The position numbers and the translations under genes were made by a program. From Eledone cirrhosa (taxonomy: Eukaryota), in contig OZ024760.1 in assembly GCA_964016885.1 (NCBI GenBank), positions 25,606,001 to 25,670,000 on the forward strand: 64,000 bases of DNA, given 5' to 3'. The notes below the pieces were generated by a model. It saw only the letters and a program-made list of their open reading frames with translations. It made no database searches and was not told where the DNA came from. Numbering within the stretch: position 1 is the first letter of the stretch; each line of letters starts with the position of its first letter. Positions 63,919 through 64,000 of the stretch are shown piece by piece.

Positions 63919-63922
<4 letters not shown>
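63498..63922. mobile_element. Near-perfect fold-back palindrome (centre caacat|atgttg, 63667/63668) with canonical HHR on both strands, plus 3' end
   Basis: Plus 63727-63797 CTGATGA...GAAA-tgcgca-TA; mirror 63537-63607; same family as 26465-26898. Confidence 0.85.
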
Positions 63923-63949
<27 letters not shown>

Positions 63950-64000
63950 CAAAAAAAAGAAATAGGACGAAGGTAAACAGTTACAAAAGGATTTAATCCA

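Overview
Eukaryotic, extremely microsatellite-rich intronic/intergenic DNA. The SINE families and simple-repeat load point to an octopus genome (inference). Nearly all long ORFs in the track are translations of (TA)n/(TATG)n/(CA)n/(CT)n/(GTT)n repeats. The only convincing long coding remnant is a 5'-truncated, frameshifted RTE/BovB-like LINE (13015-15050). Also present: short 3' ends of RTE and CR1-like LINEs, two tRNA-derived SINE groups, bipartite non-autonomous RTE derivatives with (ATGT)n tails, a Tc1/mariner-type MITE, and one likely (59222-59393, minus) plus one weak host exon. The most striking signal is about 25 short islands, from at least 8 families with dissimilar sequence, embedded in (TA)n tracts. 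They share one architecture: a type I hammerhead-ribozyme (HHR) motif with palindromic helix III, a downstream ACTC...GAGT(G/A)CT hairpin, then (TA)n. They are usually inserted as fold-back palindromes or inverted+direct pairs, often with a ribozyme on each strand. One family has a compensatory U3-A8 core. These look like Penelope-like element (PLE) pseudo-LTR or retrozyme-type remnants. All structures were read by eye, not computed.
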